Assembly (NCBI GenBank): GCA_024464195.1
Contig: JANHAK010000001.1
Location: 1-33,793 of the forward strand
From: Methanomassiliicoccales archaeon
Lineage (GTDB): Archaea > Thermoplasmatota > Thermoplasmata > Methanomassiliicoccales > JACIVX01
DNA length: 33,793 bases
Direction of reading: 5' to 3'
Shown here: positions 1 to 9,478 of the stretch, one piece after another
Numbering within the stretch: position 1 is the stretch's first letter
How the letters are laid out: each line of letters begins with the position of its first letter
The notes under the pieces: generated by a model
The model's database searches: none
The model's input: only the letters and a program-made list of their open reading frames with translations
What the model was told of the DNA's origin: nothing
Made by a program: the position numbers and the translations under genes

Positions 1-1
1 G

Positions 2-3000
2 ATTAAAGTTAGGCACGTGTTTGCAGCATTATTTCTTGCGTTTCTCGTCGTTTTGCCAAATGCCTGGGGAGCAACCGACGCTGCGATTCCTTCAGAGCTG
101 AAGGCCCAGTACGACAAGCAGGTCTATGATATCATGCCAGGTTTTGCCAAACCTGCGAGTTATGATGTAGTTAACGGATCAAACTGGTATTTCGGAGCTT
201 TTGCATACAGTATGCCGCTGCCGACACAATATTGGCCAGCAGCGTGGAGCTGGTTCAGGACAGTTGATTCAAATATCATTCCAGTGTCTGCGAGACCCGC
301 GTTCCTTTCATGGTGGGACTATGGTTTTGAGGCAATCCAGGCGGGACAGCACCCAACTGTCGCTGATAACTTCCAGAATGCTTACCAGTTTGCCGGCAAC
401 TTCATCATGTCTCAAAACGAGACCGTTGCCGTCGCGCTTTTTGTCATCAGAATTCTTGAGAAAACAGGACTTGAAAATGACACGATCGTTCAGGTGCTGG
501 TCGATCATGGTGTCGATTACGCGAAATTGCGGGATATCATGACGAGACCAGAGAGGTACGTTGAGATCGTCAGGAATCATCCCGAAATTTATGGCCCCAG
601 AGACGCGGATCTGAGTCCGACGAATGCGAAGTATGCTGCTGCGAGCGTTGAGCTTTCGAAGGTTGGTCTCGAGAATATTGTTGAGATTTATAACGAGCTC
701 CGTCAGATGACTGGTGTGGATATCTCTTATTTTGCCATTGATAGCAGGCTTTTCCCCTTTACAGCGCTGAGCGCCAATATTTTCTACGCGCCGGCCAAAT
801 TAGCTGATTATAGAATCGACACGATTTCTAATTCCCCAATCGACTTTTTTGAAATTAAGGCGATTGACAGCGAGGGCGGAATTCACGATCTAGCAAATGT
901 AACTTCTGACATGACGATCGTGAATTACCAGATCGTTTACAAGGAAATGTTCTATCGCAGTATGCTTTATCGTGCTTTCATGGGCTATGGACCGTATGAT
1001 ATAGGCGAGACGAGCCAGGGATTACCGGGCCTTACTGGTACATTATCAAGCTATCCGCCAATGCAGGGTTGGAACATGACGCATTTCAGAATGGTCTATA
1101 GGACTGCTTATTACAACCCCTTCCCTCCAGATCAGGTCAAGAATCATTCATCTGCATGGCGCGCGATTAGTTACGATGAGGCACTCGAACTTCGTGAAAA
1201 AATCAACAATGGTGAAATGCAGGGAACGGTCGATGCAAGTGCGAGTGCCCTGATTCAGGGCGTTGTCTTTCTCCAATACTACGATGGTGCTATCGTCGAG
1301 GGAACGGTAACGACCAATAGTGGGTTGCCTTATCCTGGACTCTGGGTCACAGTCCTTGATGAATATGGAATTCCGCATCAGACAGTGAAGACTGATGCGA
1401 ATGGGCATTACGAAGTCATCGCGCCGTTTGGCGAGGTGAAACTGGTGTTCTCCTACGGAGATCTTGATCTAAGGACACAGATTGCAACTGAACTCAGTAG
1501 AATCTCTTTCAATGTGAGTTATGATCAGTCGATGAGGAAGAAAATCGATGCCGACAATGATGGGAAATGGGATTATTATATAACAAAAAATGTAGCCGTC
1601 AAGGGCAGTGCTATGAAGGGAAAGGTCTACTGGGATGTTGACGGTGACGGAACTTATACTTCTGGGACTGACACGATTATCGAAGGGGCAAAAGTGATCG
1701 TTGGAAATGAGAGTAAAGAACTTCAATACGAAACGATCTCGAGTGTTGGTGGCTACGGGTTCTATGGACTGCCGCCGATGAATGCGACTATATATGCTGT
1801 GCTTGATAATCATTCCTTTGGTCGTGTCCAGGTAACTCTGCTTCCGATGGGAAATATCACAAAGGATATCGGAATTAAACCCTCATCATTGAATGGTACA
1901 GCGATTTTTGCCGATGGGAATGTGGCCTCGGGATTGAATCTGAGAATCGTTGATACGATCAGCGGAAAAGAGATTACCACGGCGACAGATTCAAATGGAT
2001 ACTTCCATGTCGGAATGTTGTTTTCAGGGCGGTATCTCCTAAAGACACAAGACCTCTCTTATGCGATTGTGCCAGATGAAGTCAGCGTTATGGAAGGAGA
2101 AACTAAGACGATGGATCTGACAGTCTATGGTTCCATGAAAGTTTCTGGTCGTGTCATGATCGGAAGTTCAGTTGCGAGCAATGTAACGATTGCATTCCTC
2201 TCCAAAGCAAGCGAGTTCTGGACGAATAGTGATTCGAGAGGAATTTATGATGTTAATCTGCCTCGTGGGAATTATACGGTTTTCTGCCTGGCGATCCAGA
2301 ATGGTGAAACTTACGTCTCTCTTACTGCTTTGAATTCCTTTGGTCCCATCGTGAATCATGATATCAAAATGGTACCAGGCAACTTCATCGATCTTTATGT
2401 TTCTGGTTCGTTAGGACCCGTCAGTAATGCCGAGGTTTTGATTCAATCGAAAACCAGCAACGCTGCTGTAAAAGCGGTGACAAATGCAACTGGTGGAGCG
2501 AGGATCATTCTTCCTCAAGGTACTTATTTTGTCTATATCAGAGGAAATGAAGAGGCATATTGGGGAGACATGTTTGTTGATTCGTCGAAGCGTGTTAACA
2601 TTGTACTATCATCCGCTGCCTCAATTTCGGGTGTGACATGGTATGATGCTAACAACAACGCAATCATGGACTCAGGCGAACAGATTTCAGGTGTAAAATT
2701 GACATTGTACGATCGCGATGGCAGAGCAATTGAAGCGACAAGTGATTCAATCGGCAGTTTTTCATTCGTAGTCCCTTCAGGTTATTCGTATGAGCTTTCG
2801 TTAAGCAAAGGTGGTTATGCGTCGAAGGTTTTGAGTTTCCCGCTTATCGAATCATCGATTTCCCAGAATGTGAGACTTGTTCCTCTCAACCGCACGATCA
2901 CAGGTATCGTGTATTACGAGTCGGCACCGATTGCCGACATTTTGGTAAAATTTGTATCGGCCTATGGTAATGTTTTCGTGGCGAATAGCGGATCCTCGGG

Positions 3001-5026
3001 TACTTTTTCGATTTCAGTTCCACCAGGAAATTACGAAGTGATTGTCGATCAGAATGTTTCGTCGGTGAATAATGCGACAAAATATCAATTTACTTCATCA
3101 ATACAAGTTCCCATCGGTTCTGACCCATCCTTGTTACAAATCGATCTTGTGAAGAGGGTAAGAGTATACGGATCGCTCTATCCAGAAAGGAGTGGTACGA
3201 CAAAGATAACTTTCAATGGGCCTGAGGAAAGAACGATCACGACCTCTGGGAGATTTGATCTTTACCTTGTGGAGGGTAACTATAGTGTTTATGCGCTCAA
3301 CGACCAGGTAATTACTGATTATGCGTTTTTCGATCTTATCCACATCGATGCGTTTGTTTCACCACTAAATCTAACAACATCCATTGCGAAAATGGTTAGA
3401 GGCACGATCTATTTTGAAGGCTCACCATTTTCTTACGTTGTTCCGGTTGAGATCAGAAATGATGCTGGTGCGATCATTAAGATAAACTCTTATGTTAGCG
3501 GTATTTTCGAAGCCATATTACCATACGGGAATTATTCGGCAGGAGTTGATTATCACACGAAGACAAGAATCGGTCTAGAAACGCGGTATGTGCGTTATAC
3601 TGGAAATACATCACTGTTCGTTCCTTCTTTAACAATGTCCACTATCGTGTTAAATCGCACTTATGATAATGTGACTCTTAGCGGGTCGGTATTCGATTCG
3701 AGTGGATCATTGGTTTCTGCAACGATCGAATTCATTCCCATATCTTCCACAGCAATGAGCGCATCAGTGACATCTGGGATTGGTTCATACGCGTTATCGA
3801 TCGCACCTGGAAATTACAGTGTGTATGCAAGGCAGGTCGGTGGGCTAGGCGTATACCTTGGCGTTGTTAATGTGTCACCGCAGTCGAACAAAATTTTTGA
3901 CATTACTCTCGTGCCTGGGTTTAGGTTTGCCGGTGAAACCCTGAAGGAATACGCGCCTGGCAATGCGACGATCGAGATTACATCAGCGAACGGGGCGAAA
4001 TTGAGTGCGTCTTCATCATCTTCAGGCTCTTTTGAAATCATCTTGCCTCCTGGTGAATATAGTGTAAAATTCACTTCTACTGGAATGGAGAAGGGGATCT
4101 CTGTTCGTTATTACGCGAATACATCGATCAATTTGATTACTGATCTAAGCCGAGCGATCAAAATGGAAAAGATTCCTGAAAGGGGCGTTGATTTGCAGTG
4201 GAATGAGGCTGAGAAGACGACACTGAGGACTGGGCAGACAGCGGTTTACAACTTAAGAATCGTCAATAAGGGGAATGTGCTAGATACTTTTAAGCTCGAG
4301 GCGCAGGCTGCGAACTGGAATGTTGTGTTTTCCCAGAGCACGGTGAGCGTCGATTTCGGCTATTATAATTCTCAGCTAGTTACGGTGAGCATTACACCAT
4401 CGGCGAGTGTCTATGTCTCACATTCGCCGATTAAGATCACTGCAATCTCGCTCAATAACGCATCGATTCAGGATTCTGTATTAATCGACGCGATCATCCT
4501 CCCATATTACAGTTTGAATCTCAAGTTCGATAAACCCTATCAAGTCAATGGAACGCCCTATTCTTACAGCATAAAACTTGAGAATAACGGGAACGATGAG
4601 GACACGATCAATATCAGCATTGCAAATCGAGTTCCACTCGCTGAGCTGGGCTGGAAAGCAGAGGTGAGGCTTGGCGGCGAGAATCCTGTTAATAATCTCA
4701 CGGTCACCTTGCAAGCTGGGAAAGTCAAATATTTCGATGTTCTCCTTACACCGATACGAGAGAATCCTAATCCAAACATTGAGGTCGTCATCTCAGCAAC
4801 TTCTCAGAAGTCTTCAGATGCGTACGCATTGCTGATAGTGAAGCCTCCGCTCCCTCTAATTATTCTGCCTTCAGGCGGCGTGAGCGTTAGTGGGGAAAAT
4901 GTATATTTTGAGCCGGCAGAAATTCCCATCGAGACAATCGCTCTTACAGGTGCAACCTTGGCGGCGTTTGTGATTTTCATCCTCATGGGTATACACAGGG
5001 GGGTATTCAGACGAAGAAGGCGCTGA
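2..5026 (+). CDS. aglB: Giant oligosaccharyltransferase (STT3/AglB) C-terminal catalytic domain fused to many carboxypeptidase-regulatory-like/Ig-like repeats; 5'-truncated by window edge
   Basis: The frame is open from position 2 (IKVRHVF...). A TM helix is followed by SWWDYG (WWDYG at nt 311-325) and HPTVADNFQN, the STT3/AglB signature. Repeats of the form G.V......GA.V......T...G.Y......G.Y follow, then two N.GN..D.-type domains, a C-terminal TM and RRRRR. Confidence 0.88.
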   Translation: MKVRHVFAALFLAFLVVLPNAWGATDAAIPSELKAQYDKQVYDIMPGFAKPASYDVVNGSNWYFGAFAYSMPLPTQYWPAAWSWFRTVDSNIIPVSARPAFLSWWDYGFEAIQAGQHPTVADNFQNAYQFAGNFIMSQNETVAVALFVIRILEKTGLENDTIVQVLVDHGVDYAKLRDIMTRPERYVEIVRNHPEIYGPRDADLSPTNAKYAAASVELSKVGLENIVEIYNELRQMTGVDISYFAIDSRLFPFTALSANIFYAPAKLADYRIDTISNSPIDFFEIKAIDSEGGIHDLANVTSDMTIVNYQIVYKEMFYRSMLYRAFMGYGPYDIGETSQGLPGLTGTLSSYPPMQGWNMTHFRMVYRTAYYNPFPPDQVKNHSSAWRAISYDEALELREKINNGEMQGTVDASASALIQGVVFLQYYDGAIVEGTVTTNSGLPYPGLWVTVLDEYGIPHQTVKTDANGHYEVIAPFGEVKLVFSYGDLDLRTQIATELSRISFNVSYDQSMRKKIDADNDGKWDYYITKNVAVKGSAMKGKVYWDVDGDGTYTSGTDTIIEGAKVIVGNESKELQYETISSVGGYGFYGLPPMNATIYAVLDNHSFGRVQVTLLPMGNITKDIGIKPSSLNGTAIFADGNVASGLNLRIVDTISGKEITTATDSNGYFHVGMLFSGRYLLKTQDLSYAIVPDEVSVMEGETKTMDLTVYGSMKVSGRVMIGSSVASNVTIAFLSKASEFWTNSDSRGIYDVNLPRGNYTVFCLAIQNGETYVSLTALNSFGPIVNHDIKMVPGNFIDLYVSGSLGPVSNAEVLIQSKTSNAAVKAVTNATGGARIILPQGTYFVYIRGNEEAYWGDMFVDSSKRVNIVLSSAASISGVTWYDANNNAIMDSGEQISGVKLTLYDRDGRAIEATSDSIGSFSFVVPSGYSYELSLSKGGYASKVLSFPLIESSISQNVRLVPLNRTITGIVYYESAPIADILVKFVSAYGNVFVANSGSSGTFSISVPPGNYEVIVDQNVSSVNNATKYQFTSSIQVPIGSDPSLLQIDLVKRVRVYGSLYPERSGTTKITFNGPEERTITTSGRFDLYLVEGNYSVYALNDQVITDYAFFDLIHIDAFVSPLNLTTSIAKMVRGTIYFEGSPFSYVVPVEIRNDAGAIIKINSYVSGIFEAILPYGNYSAGVDYHTKTRIGLETRYVRYTGNTSLFVPSLTMSTIVLNRTYDNVTLSGSVFDSSGSLVSATIEFIPISSTAMSASVTSGIGSYALSIAPGNYSVYARQVGGLGVYLGVVNVSPQSNKIFDITLVPGFRFAGETLKEYAPGNATIEITSANGAKLSASSSSSGSFEIILPPGEYSVKFTSTGMEKGISVRYYANTSINLITDLSRAIKMEKIPERGVDLQWNEAEKTTLRTGQTAVYNLRIVNKGNVLDTFKLEAQAANWNVVFSQSTVSVDFGYYNSQLVTVSITPSASVYVSHSPIKITAISLNNASIQDSVLIDAIILPYYSLNLKFDKPYQVNGTPYSYSIKLENNGNDEDTINISIANRVPLAELGWKAEVRLGGENPVNNLTVTLQAGKVKYFDVLLTPIRENPNPNIEVVISATSQKSSDAYALLIVKPPLPLIILPSGGVSVSGENVYFEPAEIPIETIALTGATLAAFVIFILMGIHRGVFRRRRR

Positions 5027-5796
5027 TGGCGATTGTATTCACGATAACGATTTTTTGTCTTTCCGTTTATCCACTTGCGAGTATTAGTGTCGCTGCATAT
5101 GACCCCATATACGTTTCCATCGATGGCAAAAATTGCATTGCTATTAGCGAAAAATCGGAATATATAATCAGGGTTGTTGGCGGCCCTGGAGACGAACCTG
5201 GAGGAAATTTTAGTTTCACAGCGAAATTGATCGGCCCATCACCAGCCGAAGCAAAAGTTATTCCGACTAACGGAAAATCCTCGACTGGCCTTTTCAGAGT
5301 CAATGTGACGGCGCCACCGACGGCGCGAGACATGATTCTGCGCATCAATGTCACTTCGGTTTCTGCCAACGGCACGCTCGTTGAGAAGGTGACGAAAGAT
5401 TTCCCTATCAAGGTGCTGGTTCCTGTTGTCATCACAGCGACTGTGAGGAACGATGGGAACATGTCAGTGAAGAATATCCCCTTTGCGATCTACGCGGATG
5501 GATTGAAAATTTATGAAACGACGATAAATCTCGATCCGAAAACATCAAAGACAATCATTTTCAATTGGACCGACCCATATTTGAAGCCCGGGGAGCATGT
5601 CATTACGGTGATGATTGACCCAGGAAACACTCTCGTCAAGCTCGATACCGGCGGCACTTCATTCACAACGACAATTTTTGTTGGGAAGACCGATTACGGC
5701 TTTGTCAACGCGCTGCTAATTGGAATCCTTCTCTTATCTGTGTTTTCAATCTACTTGGTGTACCGGCGACCAAAAAGAAGAAGGATGAAGCGGTAA
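5026..5796 (+). CDS. Membrane-anchored Ig-fold protein with CARDB-like domain
   Basis: N-terminal signal/TM; CARDB-like pattern 'VVITATVRNDGN...GEHVITVMIDPGN'; C-terminal TM plus basic tail RRPKRRRMKR. The start overlaps the aglB stop (TGATG). Confidence 0.75.
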   Translation: MAIVFTITIFCLSVYPLASISVAAYDPIYVSIDGKNCIAISEKSEYIIRVVGGPGDEPGGNFSFTAKLIGPSPAEAKVIPTNGKSSTGLFRVNVTAPPTARDMILRINVTSVSANGTLVEKVTKDFPIKVLVPVVITATVRNDGNMSVKNIPFAIYADGLKIYETTINLDPKTSKTIIFNWTDPYLKPGEHVITVMIDPGNTLVKLDTGGTSFTTTIFVGKTDYGFVNALLIGILLLSVFSIYLVYRRPKRRRMKR

Positions 5797-5885
5797 ACCT
5801 TGATTCGCTAGCAAAGTTATGAATTTTTTATTCTTCTCTGTTAATATTTTAATTCAAAAAATCGGAACTTGATTAGATTTGAAAA

Positions 5886-5902
5886 GTTCTCACGTGAAGA
5901 AA
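5886..5902. promoter_or_regulatory. Near-palindromic putative transcription-factor site GTTCTCACGTGAAGAAA
   Basis: 16/17 identical to 32829-32845 and shares TTCTCACGTG with 30183-30192; all three copies are intergenic. Confidence 0.5.
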
Positions 5903-5936
5903 TAAGCCCGTCGAAATGATGAGAATTTTGGGACGA

Positions 5937-5944
5937 TTTATATA
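5937..5944 (+). promoter_or_regulatory. TATA box for trxA
   Basis: TTTATATA ends 24 nt upstream of the trxA ATG, the geometry of a leaderless or short-leader transcript. Confidence 0.6.
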
Positions 5945-5968
5945 GGCGATTCATGATAGGGCGAATTC

Positions 5969-6292
5969 ATGGCCGGAAATCTCATTGAGATCACAGATGA
6001 CAACTTTGAGCGGATCAGAAAGGAAAATTCTAAACTCATTATTGACTGCTGGGCTGAATGGTGTGGTCCGTGCAGAATGCTCGCCCCAATTTTCGAAAAA
6101 CTCGCAGCTGAATATTCCGGAAAAATAGTCTTCGGCAAAATGAATACCGATCACAATCCTGAACTCGTGAGGCGGTTCAGAATCATGGCAATTCCGACGC
6201 TTCTTTTCTTTAGGGACGGAGAGGTCGTCGATCAAATTGTAGGTGTCGTGCCGAAGGAGGAAATTGCAGAAGCGATAAAGAGAAATTTCTGA
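5969..6292 (+). CDS. trxA: Thioredoxin
   Basis: WAEWCGPC active site; IMAIPT cis-Pro motif; 107 aa. Confidence 0.97.
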   Translation: MAGNLIEITDDNFERIRKENSKLIIDCWAEWCGPCRMLAPIFEKLAAEYSGKIVFGKMNTDHNPELVRRFRIMAIPTLLFFRDGEVVDQIVGVVPKEEIAEAIKRNF

Positions 6293-6366
6293 CATCGATG
6301 TGACTGATTTCCTTAATCGAAACCTTCTAGAGGCGTTATTCTGCACTTTTCCATCTGCTACGCTTG

Positions 6367-6999
6367 TCAACTTTTTGAGCTATCTAGATCTCTTCGAAAA
6401 TCCTCTAATTTTTCCTGAAGACGTTTTGAAGTCACCGCAACGGCGACTTCTCCTCTCGTCTTTTCAAGAAGTGAACGAGCGATATCCTGTTTTCTTCTTA
6501 TCGGGACGATAGCATCTGGATAATCGAAGCGCATGAGAATGAGAAACAGATCCTCCATCATGTCGAGATACTTCACAGCCTCATCTGTCTTGTCTTTCCT
6601 CAGTGCCTCGAGTGCGAATCGTCGCAGTTCACCAATGACATCAGCAAGACCTAGAAGATAGGATGTGGATGTGATATTTAGTTCTTCTGGATCTGGAAGT
6701 TCTTCGTTTTCGACGATTGCGAGAAGTATCGATGCTTCAGCCATTTCAGCCATTGCGTCCTCAACCAGGCCAGAATTCCAGATATCAGGATGGTCCTCGA
6801 GGAGGCTCCTGAGGCGGTGAACCTCATCTTTTGCTTCTGCTAACGCCTCCTTAACATCTTCTTTCCTGTGAATCGAATGGACGATGCCCGTTGAAATTCT
6901 AATGATCGCTCTTGATGACTTAATTGCCACTTCCCGTACGGCATCTTTTTCATCGAGCTTATATTGTATTCGATTGGCAATCTCTTCCAGATTTCTCAT
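6367..6999 (-). CDS. Archaeal translin/Trax (C3PO-like) family RNA-binding endonuclease
   Basis: Helical 210-aa protein with RE.AIK.SR.IIR, AE.AEA, YLLGLAD.IGELRR and RRKQD.AR motifs typical of archaeal translin-family proteins. Confidence 0.85.
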   Translation of the reverse strand: MRNLEEIANRIQYKLDEKDAVREVAIKSSRAIIRISTGIVHSIHRKEDVKEALAEAKDEVHRLRSLLEDHPDIWNSGLVEDAMAEMAEASILLAIVENEELPDPEELNITSTSYLLGLADVIGELRRFALEALRKDKTDEAVKYLDMMEDLFLILMRFDYPDAIVPIRRKQDIARSLLEKTRGEVAVAVTSKRLQEKLEDFRRDLDSSKS

Positions 7000-7032
7000 A
7001 GTCCAGAAATAGACGACATCATTTAAATACGA

Positions 7033-8361
7033 TTATGTTTGACTGCGCAGTTTCTTCATATGTTCAATTCTTTTCTGGATGAGCTCTTTCTTTCCGATAT
7101 CGTGGCGCACGTAGATTGCCTCGCCGGTGACATGTTTCAAGCCACGCTCGCATTGTGCCTCTGCCTTTTCTACAGTCCCATCAATTCCAACGACCGCAAT
7201 TGCCCTCGAGGTCGTCGTTGTGATAATGCCATTGTCCTCATTGACAGATGCGTAGAATAATTGAGCTCCCTCCCTTTTTACGGCCTCTTCATCGACCGAT
7301 ATTTTCAATCCACTCTTTGGTTTCGTTCCGTACCCATCTGGCACAACGTATTTGCAGACTGTCGCTTTATTCTCAAAGGCAACCTTCGATTGTGATAAGT
7401 TACGATCGACAATTGCGGCGCAAATATCAACAAAATTACTCTTAAGCAAGGGAAGAACGTTCATCGCTTCTGGATCGCCGAGACGTGCATTAAATTCGAT
7501 AACCTTTGGGCCGTCGACGGTGAGCATGAATTGGCCATAGAGGAATCCTACATAGGGGCACCCTTCATCTCTCATGGCGCTGACGGTTTTTCTCATAATT
7601 TCCATCGCTTTGTCAAAATCTTCTGCCGTCATGAACGGAAGGAGATGATCTTCCGTCGAGTACGAACCCATACCTCCTGTGTTTGGCCCCACATCTCCTT
7701 CGTATGCCCGCTTGTGATCCTGAACTAGCGGCATTGGCACAACCGTTTTCCCATCAACAAATGATTGAAGCGTAAACTCCTCACCTTCCAATCGCTCTTC
7801 AAGGACAACGCCAATGCCCCCAATTCTTTTTTCGAAAATCTCTTTGATGTAAGAAAGCACTTCATTCTTATCCTTTAAGTGTTCCCCCTCAATTTTCACC
7901 CCTTTTCCGCCAGTTAATCCAATAGGTTTGACAGCCAGATATTTATCACAATTGACGATAAATCTCTTTGCATCTTCAAAATCATTAAAGGTTTCGAAAT
8001 AAACATTGCCGGGAATATCGTATTTCTTCATGAGAGTCCTCATGAAGCGCTTTGATGTCTCGATCCTCGCAGCTGCCTTACTTGGCCCTACGCATCCTAT
8101 CCCTTGTCTTGAAAGCGCATCAACAAGGCCAACATCGAGCGGCGCTTCAGGTCCGATGACCGCGATCTCGACTCCTGCGTCAACAGCGAACTCCGTGATA
8201 GTTTCGAAATCGATCTCCTTGATCAGTCTGAATTCCTTACAAATTCTTGCAATACCAGGATTCCTGTTGCTCATTGCGGCATAAACCTCAGCGCCACCAT
8301 CAACGAGCGCTCGCACAATTGCATGCTCTCTTCCTCCCCCTCCTACTGTTAAGACTTTCAT
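7033..8361 (-). CDS. purD: Phosphoribosylamine--glycine ligase
   Basis: MKVLTVGGGGREHA, IGPEAPL, QDHKRAYEGD.GPNTGGMG, EFNAR.GDPE. Start moved to the ATG at 8361. Confidence 0.97.
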   Translation of the reverse strand: MKVLTVGGGGREHAIVRALVDGGAEVYAAMSNRNPGIARICKEFRLIKEIDFETITEFAVDAGVEIAVIGPEAPLDVGLVDALSRQGIGCVGPSKAAARIETSKRFMRTLMKKYDIPGNVYFETFNDFEDAKRFIVNCDKYLAVKPIGLTGGKGVKIEGEHLKDKNEVLSYIKEIFEKRIGGIGVVLEERLEGEEFTLQSFVDGKTVVPMPLVQDHKRAYEGDVGPNTGGMGSYSTEDHLLPFMTAEDFDKAMEIMRKTVSAMRDEGCPYVGFLYGQFMLTVDGPKVIEFNARLGDPEAMNVLPLLKSNFVDICAAIVDRNLSQSKVAFENKATVCKYVVPDGYGTKPKSGLKISVDEEAVKREGAQLFYASVNEDNGIITTTTSRAIAVVGIDGTVEKAEAQCERGLKHVTGEAIYVRHDIGKKELIQKRIEHMKKLRSQT

Positions 8362-8392
8362 CGCAATCCCTGTGATGAAAAAGGTCTCAGCG

Positions 8393-8400
8393 TTTATAAA
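8393..8400 (-). promoter_or_regulatory. TATA box for purD
   Basis: TTTATAAA lies ~31 nt upstream of the purD ATG. Confidence 0.5.
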
Positions 8401-8528
8401 TGTGACTTGCACACGATATCAACTATTCTAATTTTGGACTCGTTGAGAGACTCTGTTCTCTAATTATTCCTTGAATTACGATAAGTCATCAAGTGAAATG
8501 CAGTCAGGCCATTGGAAAAATCCAGCTG

Positions 8529-9185
8529 TTAAAAATCAACTTCAAGATCTTTGAGAAGATCTGGTATTCCCGCTCCGGTTTTGACACTGATCAAATGGAG
8601 AGTCTTATTCTTCGTAATCTTTTGGTAGTCGTCTGTAATTCTTTGAGGATCCACATCAAGATATGGAACGAGGTCGATCTTATTTAGCGCGGCTACATCC
8701 GCTACGGAGAAGATCAAAGGGTGTTTCCTTACCATATCGTCTCCTTCTGTCACGGAAATTACGACAAGTCTCTTATCAGTCCCAAGGGGAAAATCCGCCG
8801 GGCAGACAAGATTGCCGACATTTTCGATAAATAGAAAATCAATCGATTCGAGATCCAACTTCTCGAGCGCATGGCTGATTAAATGTGCATCTAGATGGCA
8901 TTCTTTGCCTGTGTTGATATTGATCGCTGGAATACCAAGCGATCGAAAACGATTGTAATCGTCTTGGCCAGCCACATCACCAGCAATCGCAGCAGGGCGT
9001 TTCCCTTTCTTGATCATTTCTGAAGCGATTCTCTCAATTAACGCTGTTTTACCTGAGCCGATCGATCCCATCACGTCGATTGATTTGATACCATTCCTCT
9101 TGAGAAGTTCGTGATTTTCATCGGCAATTTTTCTGTTCTCGGCGAGCACGTCAATTTCCATTGATATCTCAGTAATCTTGTGCAC
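8529..9185 (-). CDS. hypB: Hydrogenase nickel incorporation GTPase HypB
   Basis: Walker A GSIGSGKT, NTGKECHLDA, ENVGNLVCPADF, NKID; GTG start. Confidence 0.95.
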   Translation of the reverse strand: MHKITEISMEIDVLAENRKIADENHELLKRNGIKSIDVMGSIGSGKTALIERIASEMIKKGKRPAAIAGDVAGQDDYNRFRSLGIPAININTGKECHLDAHLISHALEKLDLESIDFLFIENVGNLVCPADFPLGTDKRLVVISVTEGDDMVRKHPLIFSVADVAALNKIDLVPYLDVDPQRITDDYQKITKNKTLHLISVKTGAGIPDLLKDLEVDF

Positions 9186-9444
9186 ATGCCGGTATTGAAA
9201 TTCAAGATAGAAAAATTGTTGTCTATCGATCTAGTGATCAGATTTTTCTTCATTGTTGATGATTAAGGTTAATTAGTCAGGAGAAATAGGGAGGACGAAT
9301 GGTGGCGCAAATCAGATTTTTCGATTAAAAATTCGATAGAATCTTCATGATGGTCGGTCAGTAATCATTTGATCGAGGCAGATTAAGAAATGAGCAACGA
9401 TTGTTTAGGGCAAGTCTTTTAATTGATTATTTTGATTGATAAAA

Positions 9445-9478
9445 TTTGAGAATGATGCATTTTTGAGAATGATGCATT
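9445..9478. repeat. Exact tandem direct repeat, 2 x 17 bp (TTTGAGAATGATGCATT)
   Basis: 9445-9461 is identical to 9462-9478, in an AT-rich intergenic region. Confidence 0.9.

Noticed and set aside
201..4986. Short alternative-frame and antisense ORFs inside aglB, and similar shadows inside other genes across the window
   Set aside because: They are nested in well-supported CDSs and show no recognisable motifs.
8529..9185. Orphan hypB as an unusual arrangement
   Set aside because: Scattered hyp genes are common in archaea.
9445..9478. Tandem repeat as a possible CRISPR remnant
   Set aside because: Only two abutting 17-bp copies, no spacer, no cas genes.
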